Of a stretch of 64,000 nucleotides of DNA, positions 51,171 through 64,000 are shown in pieces. The translations under genes were made by a program, and so were the position numbers. How positions within the stretch are numbered: position 1 is the first letter of the stretch; the number at the start of each line of letters is the position of its first letter. The notes beneath the pieces are model-generated. The model worked only from the letters and a program-made list of their open reading frames with translations. It did no database searches and was not told the DNA's origin. The stretch is taken from positions 4,841,244 to 4,905,243 of the forward strand of contig CM082597.2 of assembly GCA_040954595.2 (NCBI GenBank), written 5' to 3'. This stretch comes from Balanoglossus misakiensis (taxonomy: Eukaryota > Animalia > Hemichordata).

Positions 51171-51495
51171 ATATGTATGTATGTATGTATGTATAAAGAA
51201 GGGTAGTAGGAGAAACGGAAGGCGGTAAAATCTCTAGAGCGCTGTTTCGTGAGTCACTGGACTCACTCATCAGGAGACTAAACTGGCGAAAATGCAAGGA
51301 GGAAGACGTGTTTATATGCAGTTACGCAGGTGGTGGAATGCAGGTTGGGGTGGACAGTTTTGCATAACAATGTGTATAGCTGGTGATGTGTATGTGTTGT
51401 GTGGGGAGTTTCTAGATTTAATTGTTGCGTAATAATGCTTTGTGTCTGTGTCGACAATTAAAGGACTTTGTTATGCAAAACTGTCCACCCCAACC
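51171..51495 (-). mobile_element. Penelope-like element / retrozyme fragment (pseudo-LTR with hammerhead, 5' inverted segment, (TACA)n tail)
   Basis: Hammerhead motif; TATA-like gcatataaa ~35 nt upstream (51311-51319); perfect 28-bp inverted repeat at 51343-51370 / 51468-51495; (ATGT)n run at 51173-51193 at the 3' end. No RT or GIY-YIG ORF is present. Confidence 0.6.
51229..51279 (-). ncRNA. Type I hammerhead ribozyme motif (minimal, Penelope-like-element type)
   Basis: Minus strand: agtctc-CTGATGA-GTGAGTC-cagt-GACTCAC-GAAA-c-agcgct-c-TA-gagatt. Both core boxes are intact, stem II is a perfect 7 bp, stem I is 6 bp (one G-U), and the stem III region carries the palindrome AGCGCT. Confidence 0.85.
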
Positions 51496-54400
51496 GACAT
51501 CACTCAGTACACACTCTGCACACGCTCACTTTTTTTCTGATAAACACACCCAGCGTCGACGTCATTGTTGATTCTGAATCTCGTTCAAGCTTATTTAATG
51601 TTTTTGTTGTGGCAGCAGCCGGGCACTTAACCTGTAATTTGGGAATCACGATATCCTTCAAAGGCAAACGTCAATTTGTTGATCACGAGTCGGTCCTTCC
51701 AGCAACTTTATACGCCCATTTCCCGCAGACATTGCCGTTAAAAGCCACCATTTACCCGTCCATGATAAATCTTTACGAATGACGCGTATGTACTTCACAC
51801 TGTCTTCGCGACACTGGTGTCGAATTTATTGCCAGGCCGTGATGTACGAATAAACCGATTCGACACGATCACAGAAAAAAAAACACGCCAATAATTTTCC
51901 TTGACTGTTTTTGCAATATAGCAACCGTGGCTGCATTCAACCTTCACTAATCAATGCGTATCATATATCGAAACCTCGATGACCCATACGTTGGCGCTGC
52001 ATTAAAATTCAACAATTACAGTGAGTGATGGCTGGCTGGCTGAGTACCGGTATTTCCGACTATTGATAAAGAGAACCTTGATGTTTTGATGCATGTGAAT
52101 TAAGTGTGTTGGTCGTGGATGGGCGTCCTTGTAGCGTCAGAGAGTTTCTCTTCAGACCCAAGACAGTGCCAGTGAGTTCAATCCATACACTATATGCTCA
52201 CTTTTTCACGTCTACAGATACCATGAATCGCTTCAATTTTGATGCACAACCGCCCCGAGCAGAAGATTCTGTCAATATATCTTCACCTCGGCTTCCAATA
52301 CTGGTCGCGGGCATCACTTATTTATATGGCCACTATTTTGGCCACAATCTGACGCTCTGCAGTCAGTACTCGCTACCCCAGATAGTTTACGTTTCCACTT
52401 CTTGCTAGGGGGTCAAACCACATTATAATAATTGCATTGTGGGTAACAAAGAGTCGACAAGTCACTACAGTAAGTGTTCAAAGGAAAGGTATCTTGAAAG
52501 TTATGTCTTTGTACTTTGCATACAGAATTCGTTCAACCTGTTTTTCACATTTTTTCTGCTAGAAACGTTCGGTATGACCTGACATTAAATTAACCTCTGA
52601 ACTCCCATTTCATCATGGCAGAAATCCGCCATCTTGAAATCTTGTCGACCGCATGGGATGTTTAACACTCACCTAGGTAGCAAAAAACTATTTAGGTTAA
52701 TGAGTGCTAGGACATGTGACTCACGTAGTGTTGACATTTGCGGGACGATTACTGCTCAGCAGGGCGCAATACTAAGAGTGAAACTGTGTCCTGAACTTTG
52801 GGGACAGTGTTGACACATGACCCACTTTCAGAGAAATGTGTCCTTTTTGAACAAAAAAGTACATTTTCTGAACACGAATTTACCATATGTTATATTAGCA
52901 TATTCATAGGCGGCCTTTGTTTGCTCATATGCACTCAGAAACCAGAAAAGACAATGGGGAATATTGTAACCACACGTTCTTAGTCAACATAGGAGCCTGT
53001 CGTTTTGGAAACAACTTAGACAGTGTGCAACAAATTTCCGTTACATTGTATAATATAATTCGGATGACAAAGCTATAAACCAAAATCTTTATACCAAACA
53101 TTTATAAATAATTCCAATGGAAAGCTGTAACGTTGTCATTACTGAATGCTTGAGGCTAACCCAAGATTTTTGCCACATTTCAGGCCGCAACGTCATCACC
53201 ACCACCACCCGTCGCTGAATCATTACCAACGTCACACAAAACGTGTGTTTATCAGTTGATGACAGGCAACTACAGCAGCGCGCGGCCAGCCACTTGCGGT
53301 GGGGTTACACCGTCACGCTCTGACCATAGTTCCCGCCAATTACTGAATCGTAAAGTCACCACATGTTCACAGTGGATACATACAAATAAACGAGGGCTTT
53401 TACACTGCCTTTCGGATAATCAAATTTTCAATGGGAAAGAAACAAATCCCAGGTGCCTCTGTAAGTAAAATGCACTTGGGCAAAATGAAATATTAATGAA
53501 TATTATTCTAATTTCTTTCAAAGAAATATACACACTGCTTGTCTAAAGGAACCGATGGCTTGACAATTAGGTGAAATATTCACAATCACGCCGAAGTTAA
53601 GAGGGCGTTTATGGCAACTCAGCGTCTTTATTGAATTAATACAGTCAGTCTGAAAGCGACTCGAGGCAAAGTTGATGAAATATTCACGCCTTCATTAAAG
53701 TCAGTATATAGTTCCGGCACCATTACAACTGTAAAGCTGCGGCCATTGCTACACGCCGATCTGGTAATTCGTCGATGTTTTCACGTACTGATTTTATCCT
53801 CAAAGGGAATATTGGAGATTTATTCTTGCAAGTTATAAGGAAAAAGTCGCCATTATTTTGGTTATTCTGTTGCATTTGATGAACAATTTGAATTGTTGTA
53901 CTCACTGTACAATGCTAAATGACTTATTGTTACAACTCCACCTACACCCTTGTACGTGGGTATAACATAAGAATTCATATACTAGTACATGTGTAATATA
54001 AGTTTTGGTACAGACCAAAAATCAAATGATGGCAGTAGTCATGACAATGTGTAGTATCAGTGAGCATGTACCAGTGGTGAGAACAACACAAAAAGCCTAT
54101 CAGAATAATTAAAAATAACCAAACATAATTTCAGAAGTTGGCGGTTTTGTCCCTTTAAATAGTCTGGTTACTTCATCATGCTTTTTATACTTGCAAGAAA
54201 CCCTAATAAATTGCTGGTTTGAATTGGTTGATCGTGATGCACGGTATTGCCGGAAACAAAAATAACAGCGGGGATATATAAAAACTGTGGAACAGTAAAA
54301 ACGACTCAGAAATGAATAAATAAACGTACATTAGCCTTGCCTAAGCATACTTCACAATTTCTCTAAACCCTTTCGACGTCTCCGACAAATCATATTGCCT

Positions 54401-55746
54401 GTAATAACTGCGCGTTTGTTACTATGGTGACCACTGAAGAGTAATTCTGAGTGCAAGCCCGCGCTGAAAAATGTAACTGCAATGAAAACACACAAAAATC
54501 ATTGTGCTTGGAGTCATGCGTTTTACTCGCGCCGAAATCAGCTATGTCGGTCAGACATTAGCGTTGCTTTCATAAGGTTTGCATTCAGCGTGTGCATGAT
54601 TTCTTGGTTCGGTAATTAGTTTCTGCGTCGCGATATCGCAGCGATGGTGACACTGTTGGGCATATATGTAATTTTATGTATTCTTTAATATTTTGTTAGA
54701 TTCACACGCGTTATTTGAGAACTTGGGCATCAGCTAATTCGCCCAAATCAAAACTACAAACTACAACTGAACGGGTAATTTTGTATCACCGACAAGGTCA
54801 CTTTCATGACCCCTTACTACGGGACCGCACATACTTTTGTGGTACATAGCATTAATTTAAACAATGAATTGCATGAAAAAGAACATTTCACTTGAAGTGA
54901 CGTTAAAATGGCAATTCAGAACAGCAGAGAAAATGCCACGATGGCATACTATGATTTAGGATTATGAGGAGAGAAGTTTCCGGCCAATGCACACCGAAAA
55001 AAGTCTTGAGTATAGGACAGTATAGCTCTAACACATGGGACCACATTGGGTACATTGTCCGCTCGCACGGGTCGTCAGCTCGTCTACCGTCTCCCCACTA
55101 ATGAATTGGAGCATCCAGGCCTTGGCAGGCGAAGATGAACACCGGTATTAGTCTGAGATCGGTTTGTGATAAACCCATCTTGAACAATACGACAGCAGCT
55201 CTCAGTGTTGTTGCGGCGTCGGCTTCCGCTGCACATTCTCAAAGGTACAGAATCCTACTTTGAGTTTGAAAGCCGTCAAAGCACAACAAAAGCCTGCGTC
55301 TCCGGGCGCTTTTCAACAAACAATCCAACGAGCCATACAGTGCATATACACCGGGTCATGCGCATCATGTTTGACGCATTTCACTTGCTGTGAGCCTGTT
55401 TGCAGTCGTTAATTTGCAGTGAATGGCTAAGACAGGCTGTTATTCATGTCAAGGGCAGTTGTTTACTACCCAAATGAAAGTGCATCTTACTTGGCGAGTC
55501 GCAAATGACATTACTATGCCATTATTTTTTTCAGATGTTCATAACAGAATCTTGTCAAGGTCACACATCAATTTCTTGCCTGTTCTTCAAGTCATATTCT
55601 ATCTGCTCCATCTTATTATCCTGGTATGCTTTAGAAGTTGCGACAAATACGAGGCCTTTCGGCGAGATACGACTTGTTTAACGCGGTACATATCCGTGCG
55701 TGCTTCCAAATTTTGGAATTCACTCCAGGAAATGGGTTATCCCTTA

Positions 55747-55823
55747 ATGAATGAATGAATGAACGAATGAATGAATGGATGGATGGATGGATGGATGGAT
55801 GGATGGATGGATGGATGGATGGA
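55747..55823. repeat. Compound (ATGA)n(ATGG)n microsatellite
   Basis: Direct reading. Confidence 0.95.
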
Positions 55824-58800
55824 CGAACAGAAGTAGCTTGCTTCGTGAACAATAGAACAAAAGATGTTTCCAATATGTCGCTTTCTTATTAATTTTTAAC
55901 TTAATTTTTTTTCATGGACAGATAAAAACGGAAAAAAGATTGGAGAACAAGGACTGGAGATCAGTTGTCATGGTGATCAGACGTCACGCTAGTGACGATA
56001 GGCCAACAGGCAGAAGCCCTGAACTGCGCTTGCAATGAAGTCGCCTGACTCTGTTCACGTTGCTTTTCTTCAATTGAACGTAACTCAATATACCCCGATC
56101 AACAACGTTGAAAAAACAATTTCCGTTCCTCTTCAGGGACACATGAATGTTTTATGAACTATTTTCTTTGCACTTTACTCGGGAAAGGGTATCTTGTCTT
56201 CAGTTTGCCACTTCATGGCAGAATGTTTTTCACGTCCATGATGGATACATGTTCAGTCACAGAAATTTGCCACAAGAGCGGTAGGTGTCTTAAAAGTACA
56301 CAGTCACCGATGAAAAGTTACCATGGAAAGTTTGAAATCTAGCCTGTCACAGATTTCGCGGGGTGGCCTCACGGAAAAACAGTGCGCCACCAAACGACCA
56401 CTCCTAGACTTAGACACGCTATTTTAACCATATACGAGCATATGTAAATTAAGGGTGACTGTATACCTTTAGTGGCCTAAGTCACCACTTCGTTAGCGAT
56501 TGACGACAGGATTTGTTGTTTTGCACAGCGTCTGCTGGGAACGCTAATCATTAATTGCTCTTGCATATCACACGCACTTATGGGTTAACCTTCACACCCA
56601 TGACGTGCCAGTGCAGAGAGAGAGAGAGCCAATCCTCACACTTACTATTGATACAAGAATGTCAGCAACGTGCCACGCGAGTCAGCCTGTCACGGATAAT
56701 GATTTCAAGATGTGTTCCGAAACTGTGAAAGGTGCCCTGACAGAGCTGTTGGTGGCGTCTTTGCGCGCACCCAGGTCGCCCTGACCTCTGACCTTCCGCG
56801 GAGAGCGCAAGTAACCCTCATCATTGATCTTCTGCAGTTTAGACTCAGACGCCATGTTACCTTTAGAACTTTCTCCGCCAAAGTTTGGTCTCACCCCATT
56901 ATTTTCTAAGCTTAGATCTCTCTACTGAGAAATGGGGAGGAAGGGTTAAAAGATACAACACATGGCGTTATTTTACATAAGTGTCTCACCTGGCATAATG
57001 CTTGGTGAACCAGTCTGCGTTTTCATTACAGATGTGTAAATTAGCATATCATTTGACTTTAAATCATATGAAAGTACACGGGTGTTTGCTGAAACTCTAG
57101 CCTGTAGCACTCAGCGCAATTTAGCGCAATTTCTCCCTTCACATGTACTTGATAATGACGTCTGAGAGTCAACAAGTGGTCGATTCAGGGAGTGGAGCGG
57201 TAATCATGGTACTTGTCAGGGCATGCTTTCACTGCAACTGTCGGCTTCTCTAATCATCGTGACCCGTGAAATTGCATCAGGCTCGCTGTTTGAATGCGCG
57301 GCCACGACACAATGCCAAGGGTAGTTGTTTACAACCGAACTGGGTTACCCGAATCAGGTCAAATGTCACTAATAGCAGTAACAGACGCACAAATACCCCA
57401 AAACGCATTTCTTTTGGTACCAAGCGCAATTAACTGTAAAGAAAGTTTCTCCGGCAAGACTGTTTCGTTCATTAGGGCCCTCAGGGTTACTTTGGGCCTC
57501 CCGCATACCAAACACAGTCGAAGAAAAAATCACAAATTTGAAGAAACATAAAAAAAAACTATTGTACAAAAGCAGTGGTTCTGTATGAGTATTCTGCGAG
57601 ACAGAAACATGTGGAATTCAACAGCAAAAGTAGATTGAAACGTAGATAGTCCTCTGTAAGTTCACGAAAAGAAGATTGGGCGCCATTGCTCGACACAAAT
57701 TGTCGTCTGCCGAGACAGTAGTGCGGCGTCAGTGTACTGATGCACTCTACTCGCTTATCTCTGTCGCTTTCAAGCAAACATTGAACTTGGTCAATTTTGC
57801 TTTTCTTTATCTACATCTAATCAATATGCGAAATCCAATTCGATTTCTTTCACGCAGCAATGAATACCAATCTGTTGTTACAAGCCACTGAGCGTGACGT
57901 CTCATTTGCGATTTTCCACCATGCCCTCACGGCTAAAGTAAACTACTAGTGACATTTTTACTGTGAACATATGTACTTGATAAATGATATTATGTCTATA
58001 GTCGCTCTATGCAAAAAATCTGATTTCTTTAATATTGTCTAGTACAGTAAGCACATATTGCTGTATTACAGACAGAATGTCAGTTGACTGGTATTCCAGT
58101 GTGTGCCGCCAACAACAACATTCCTGTTAATCGCTAAATAAAATCTGAAATGCAGATTAGCAGATAATATCAACCGAACTAACTTCGATCTCATAAACAT
58201 GTCAAATAACTACAACAACAGCGGTGACGATATGGGGGTGATCTAAAGTCATAGCGTGGAGTGACCTCATTTGTGACTGAAAATGTAGTTGGCAGTTTAA
58301 TACGAAATTTCATTTTAGATCAGTTTTTGGTAAAAAGAAATCCGTATACTGACCCTCCAACTTTGCGTCACGCTACAAAGGCGTGAATCGAGCTCACGCG
58401 ATGCCTGCCCGAACATCGTCCGACGAAATTATACTTGCGTGGGAGCGCTCTAGCGGAAAGCTGTTAATCATGCAATTTCTGGTGAATAATGCCGAAATTT
58501 TGCGCAAGTTCCAGAGTGTGTACACATGTAGACCAAGTTAAACGCTGACAGTGGTGGTTGTTTGTCTGTCTGTCTGGCTATCTGTCTGTTTGTTGGGACG
58601 GACTTTAATTATTGTGATCGAACGCGGCTGAGAAGTACATTGCCTTTTGCAATACACGCAGATTCCCAGATGTCATCAAACTCTGTGAAGGCAGAAATTT
58701 CAATATTAAACCAGCTGGCATTCGCACAGGGACATAAACACGCGAAAAACAAAGATAACAGATCAGAATGGGTCAAACTTTATACACCGTGCGATGCCAG

Positions 58801-61800
58801 AGGCCAATAAGCCGACAGCAATGCACGGTTTAATAGGCTACTGTGCGGCGCGGTGTCGTTTCGACAGAGAAATATCTGATCACGGGTCACCACGAATGAC
58901 GCAATGTGTTACATTTTTCTTCTAATATCTGCTAACGATGAGAAATGTTATCAGTAAGTTCTTTCAACTATTTCATGTGTTTTTTTCTGGTCGGCCAATT
59001 AAATCAACTACATTACTGGTATCGTGTGATGAAGCTATTTTCGAAATGGCCCATTGCGTTTTATAGTCAACATGATAGCCAGGTCATTTTTCGTTACGTT
59101 TTATTTCACTGTTTGTTTTGGTTTGTAATCCTGTGTGTGGAATTTTGAGGCCAAACATGTTGCTTCGGAATACCAATTTTGGCCGTTATCCCTACACTGG
59201 TCATTCTCAACTACAGTCACCGATTTGATCGGCGTGCCAAATGCGCGTCTCGGTTTTAAGGATGCGACCTTCTGTCATCTCCAGGAAAAATAAACGAGAA
59301 ATGCGCGTCCACCACGACGGCACCGAAAGAGATACTCCGTAAACAGAACAACGAGTGAGCGGGAAAGTGTCGACAAGGACGGGCATGTCTGATTTGGACC
59401 GAAGGACAAACGCACGGCTGTCTATAAAGAAAGAGTCTAAACACGTCAGGATGGGGAGATGGCGAGAGTTAATTGTCAGAAAATTCGACAAGACCCAACA
59501 TGACTGGCTTTGTACAGTTTAGGTTTAAACCATGAAGGCTGGTCCGGCCATTAACTCATTACATATTCCGCTTGAGTCGATAACAGCGTTGGGATGAAAG
59601 TACTCCTGACGTTTATTGCTGATTACTCAGCGTTTAAGGAAATTTCGTCGGTTTTCAGCATATTTTTCGCACAAAGTTGACATACAGTAGCACACAGAAA
59701 TCAGTTTTCCATAAAGAATCTCCTGAAGTTTTTCTCTTCAAATGTAAATTTGACAATTTGTCTTTGTTCCACCTTCTGTCTCAACCCATTCGCGACGAAG
59801 TGCTATTTTCCAACAAAATTCCCAGCGCTTGTTAGCAAGGCAATAAACAGTGTCAATTTTGTGAGCATATTTTGCCAGAAAAGGGCGAACAAGAAGTAAA
59901 ACAGGGCATGATTTTGTTACAAACTGTGCTCATTTCGTCGCTGGAACAATGTTTATATTGCTACATGCACACGTACTTTGACAAACCCCATCAGTGTACA
60001 GGAAGTGAACGACACAATAAAAGAGCGGGAAGAAAATCCCGCCAAATTCAGCAAATACGTCCATTAGGAATAAATCTGAAATGGTTAACGAAGTACATTC
60101 CCCTGATGGACGCATCTTAATATCATTGTACGCATAGGCAAAGAAAGTACCCTATATCACTGGCTGGTTGCTCGGAGCGAATTTTGAGCTTGTATAGGTT
60201 CTGATTGTAATGGACTTTTTCTGCGTGTAGATGCATCCAACCAGAGGGTACTCTCTGTTCATTCATACCGGCATTTAAAAGGGGTAATCTTGTCACGGGA
60301 CACCGCCCAGAGAGTGATCATCTGAGCGATAGCGTTTCTCAATAACACTCGCGCCTTTCAAGGCTTACTTGGTATAGACTGCCATATAAAAAAAACTACA
60401 TTTTCAGCCACTTTGATGCACAAAATTGCGCCCAAGCGGAAGAGAATGGCGTATATCTCTTCCGCCTCATCTGGCACATGAAGCGGTCGCTAGAGGCGAC
60501 AAAAAAATCTTGAGCGCCATGGTAAATGATGTCGTGCGGTTGTAGCCGACATTGGAACGGCGGGAAAGCGTACGTCTGACGTGATCGAGGTGGGCTCGTC
60601 TGTGGCATACCTTCAATCTGCAAGCTGCCGCCACAAGTGTCAGCAACGTGAATTTTTTGGACATTTCGTCACGTCAGTTTGTGAGCCAACGTTTATCCAC
60701 ACAAATAAAACAAGGAGGGTGCATTTCAGCCATGACCATAAGATGAAAAAGAACTTCAACTTACGCCGTGTCTCTGTTCGCGTCCGTCCTCCCCAAAGTC
60801 GTCGATTTGTCTGAGCTCATGTACCCCAGCGCATGCGCAACAGCATCACCATGCATCAGCTTGTCAAGCTGGAGTAGCGATTTCCACAGCGTGGGTCATG
60901 GCTTGAACATATTACTCCACAGGAATGTATCAAAGGGAGCTTCCGTCTACACATATCAATGCGTACTTTTATCAATCTTTTATTTCACAATAATATAGAC
61001 TGGGTTTTGGGTGTTTTGAGAATGAGCCAGTCGTTCACTAAACATACTTCCCTGATCTGAAGGAGATCAATTAAGCGCATTCCAAAATGTGGAATTCTAG
61101 TACATGTATTCCATAGCGGATAGTTTGTGTACTTGAGCGACTTGTGCCCTCATCTTAGACAAATTACAGACGGATTTTGAAATGCTCGTGAGATTAGGTG
61201 TTTTGGGTATACGTATCAAATGCTTCCGTCAGCGTCCCCCGTCTCCCTTAAAGTTCACGGCAGATTATGTTTTCCGTCAGCACGACTTCTCGACTGCACG
61301 TCATCGCCGTTCTCCTCCGGGCTAAGCTTGGGCGATTATCCTCCCACGTCGCCATGGGAACCGTAATTTCGGAAAGATGATACCGCGCGCGGGGTGATGG
61401 ATCTCTATGAGACATTCAATTTGGTTTTTCAAACAATATTATGGCACTCTCTCGGACGCCGCTGCCAGCCGTGTTCCGTCACCATCTGTGACTGAAAGAT
61501 CTTCACCAGCAACGGCAGAACGTTGATACACTTGGACAACCTACGTAGACCACAACGGTCCTTTGACAAACTAACAAAAGCGGCGTTAAACTAATCAAAC
61601 TTGCCTGGTTTTAGTTCACATTTCATATGCCATTTTCACTTTTATCGACCAGTTGTTTTCTTACTTTCTTTGATGTCTTTACCTAGGGGAAATTACACAC
61701 CGTGTGAATCATTCCTGACGTAACCGAAGAAACGCGTAGGTATTTCGAGGCGTGATTTTGGGCGCTTGAGATGGTGACTTCGTGCATCACAACGGTATGA

Positions 61801-61987
61801 AAGTCGGTCAAGATAAACGGTGTACCGCTGATAATGTTGTCGAGCATTGTGCTTTAGGTGTCATTCTCTGCAAGCCTCAATGGCCCTATTCAAATCGGGG
61901 AATGACGTTAAATGCATGGAAAGTTTGTCCTTTGTGGGCCAGGGCTGATGGTAATGGATGTGATTATAGCGAATGCGAGAACTTTTG

Positions 61988-62088
61988 AAGTGGTGCTGAC
62001 GATGTTGTGTGATGTAGTGTGGTGTGATGTGTGTGCTGCTGATGTTGGTGGTTGTGATGGTGATGATGATGATGATGATGATGATGAT
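61988..62088. repeat. GT-rich low-complexity stretch ending in (GAT)n
   Basis: About 9 GAT units at ~62062-62088, preceded by degenerate gtgatg/ggt units. Confidence 0.85.
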
Positions 62089-62207
62089 ACTGTATCGAAG
62101 TAAGTTTTCAGCGGATATGAAAGTACAATAACGTATTATTATGTAAGAAAGGTCTGTTCTTTCTAGTGTGCAGTGATGAGGGCTTGTTCTAATATTATTT
62201 TGCGTTA

Positions 62208-62557
62208 TTAAAGTAGAATGTGCCTCGAAAATCAGAGTCTTAAACTTTCTCTCATGTTTTACTCAAGGCAACTTTTGATTGTTCTCTCTTAAAATTGAAT
62301 TTAATAACATTTGTGCATAACCATGTAACATGTTGAATGATTGAGCAAAATTGTGTCAAAATCGAAGCACAAAATGGCCGCCAATCTCCGTGTTAAGTCT
62401 ATGAAGAAAATTTAAAGTAGCGATCGTCGTGAAAACAAGACGGTGAACACCCAGTTTCCTTCCCTGTTTTCAAAAAGACTCCCCACACGCTTTAATAGCG
62501 TTTGGAGGACTATAATTTTCCTGAAAATCTGTCACCGATACGCGTTCTAGTACCTTA
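62208..62557. mobile_element. Degenerate MITE with TTAA-type ends (Kolobok/piggyBac-like)
   Basis: Left end ttaaagtagaatgtgcctcg; right end cgatacgcgttctagtacctta is an imperfect reverse complement. The left end recurs at 44428 (ttaaggtagaatacgccccaaaaccaaagtcttgaac). Confidence 0.5.
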
Positions 62558-63350
62558 TTACACCATTAAGTAGGTCTGTAGTAGATGCACATTTCACTGC
62601 CATCACTAAGCTTACAGTCATTTTTGTAGCATTACGGTCACATGTTAAGTTTTAAACCTATCACAAATTACCGAAGTCACTGCTCATAATTATACTATAA
62701 CCATTCACGTGACCGGAAGGCTCATTTACGAAACTCCCCGCAGCCATATTAGTTACAGTTCAGCTTTGAAGTCACAAAGTCATCGGTAGGCCGGTCAATG
62801 GCCCGCAGTTCGATTCCCGACTGTCTTCTCTGCCTCCGGTGAAACCATAATATGATCAAAAACTGCGGAAATGATTTCATCCTGTTTTTGATTTTTTTAC
62901 CCTTGTTTTCTCTGCTCGAGACGGATATCTGCATGGATTGATGTCAAAGGCGCATTTTGTTGCTACGCAACCACGCACACGACAACAGTCGAAACCTGAA
63001 TATTTTTTCTGTCCGTTATGAATCCACACAACTTCGGTTTGGACCACACAACGAGCTAGGCCTTAAGAGATTGACAAGACATAAAAGTCGCCATCTTAAC
63101 ATTGACATGTTTTTCTGCTGAATGAAACAAACTAACAAACCGGACTCTCCGTTGTCAAGGCGCTGGCATGTACGCCCGGAAAATATAGCACACACACGTG
63201 ATGCACACGTGGTGTGAGTTTTTCGATAGCATATGACAAGACACCGAAAAGATAATTCTGCACTTAAATTTCACATTGCGCGCTGGTCAGGTATGGGGAC
63301 TGCAATATCGTGTACACAGTAGACATGGACTCCACGGCACGGTCACCTCG

Positions 63351-63482
63351 TAGACTCTCTCACAGCCCCTCTCTCGTCGTCCATGCAGGCTTATGGACTG
63401 ATTGCATCTTCTCCTTTGCTAAGCAGTTGAGGGTGCATCAGTGAAGAGCCTTGTAGCGAACCGTGGGCTGTGAGAGAGTCTA
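63351..63482. mobile_element. 132-bp non-autonomous DNA transposon (MITE) with 18-bp TIRs and a 10-bp TSD; AcademH-like or MULE-like
   Basis: TIRs tagactctctcacagccc (63351-63368) and gggctgtgagagagtcta (63465-63482). Flanking direct repeat ggtcacctcg at 63341-63350 and 63483-63492. Confidence 0.9.
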
Positions 63483-64000
63483 GGTCACCTCGATGCAAAC
63501 ATAACACAGGTTATCTTTCTCTTTATAATATGAAAATCGCAGTATCCATGACACCATTACGGTTACCATGGACACATCGCCATACTAAAAAGACATGAAA
63601 GAAAGTGACAGTTGGTGTAAAGTTTTGGCTAACTTAAGTAAACTCAAAACAACTCGAATTAGCTTTCTGGCGCTAGAAAATACTAAAAATCATTGCTAGG
63701 ACCGTGGCGCTTGCAAACATAATGTCGATCTTTTCTGCACATTTCCACTTAACACATTTAATCGTCGTTGAACGTAGAACGCGCTATAATTGTCGAGGGG
63801 CGCTCGATAAAAAGTCCTGAAAGTACACCCTTTGTGACTTTTCAATTTATTTTTACTTGTTCAATATCCTTCTTTTGTCCCCAGTCATTACCACAGTGAA
63901 GTCAGAAATGTGGTTCCATTCACGCATAACTGTTCGCCCCAAATCATAAAACCCAAATCTTCTGTCACAGTCTAATAACACCACTTCACTAAAAACACGC

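Noticed and set aside
13913-55078. Other CUGAnGA occurrences (e.g. ~13913, ~19894, ~40119, ~42936, ~55072) as further hammerheads
   Set aside because: None is followed by a stem II plus GAAA.
62806-62820. tRNA gene suggested by the B-box-like gttcgattccc
   Set aside because: No A-box or cloverleaf could be built around it.

Overview
AT-rich, gene-poor eukaryotic (metazoan) genomic DNA. The repeat landscape and receptor type suggest a marine invertebrate, possibly a deuterostome such as a hemichordate or echinoderm, but that is inference only. The one well-supported protein-coding feature is a rhodopsin-class peptide-receptor-like GPCR on the minus strand (40380-41720, 446 aa) with an uninterrupted CDS. 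A splice acceptor lies 7 nt upstream of its ATG, and a candidate non-coding first exon and promoter lie near 47170-47400. The receptor keeps ERY and NPxxY but has lost the TM6 CWxP motif. Non-coding highlights: (1) a type I hammerhead ribozyme motif on the minus strand (51229-51279) inside a Penelope-like fragment with a 28-bp inversion and a (TACA)n tail; (2) two unrelated minisatellite arrays that abut directly (128-136 bp unit x ~7.5 at 33015-33994; ~140 bp unit x ~12 at 33995-35645); (3) a 132-bp MITE with perfect 18-bp TIRs and a perfect 10-bp TSD (63351-63482); plus other degenerate MITE/SINE pieces, local duplications and microsatellites. No CRISPR, rRNA or intact tRNA is seen. The other short ORFs in the track look like noise.
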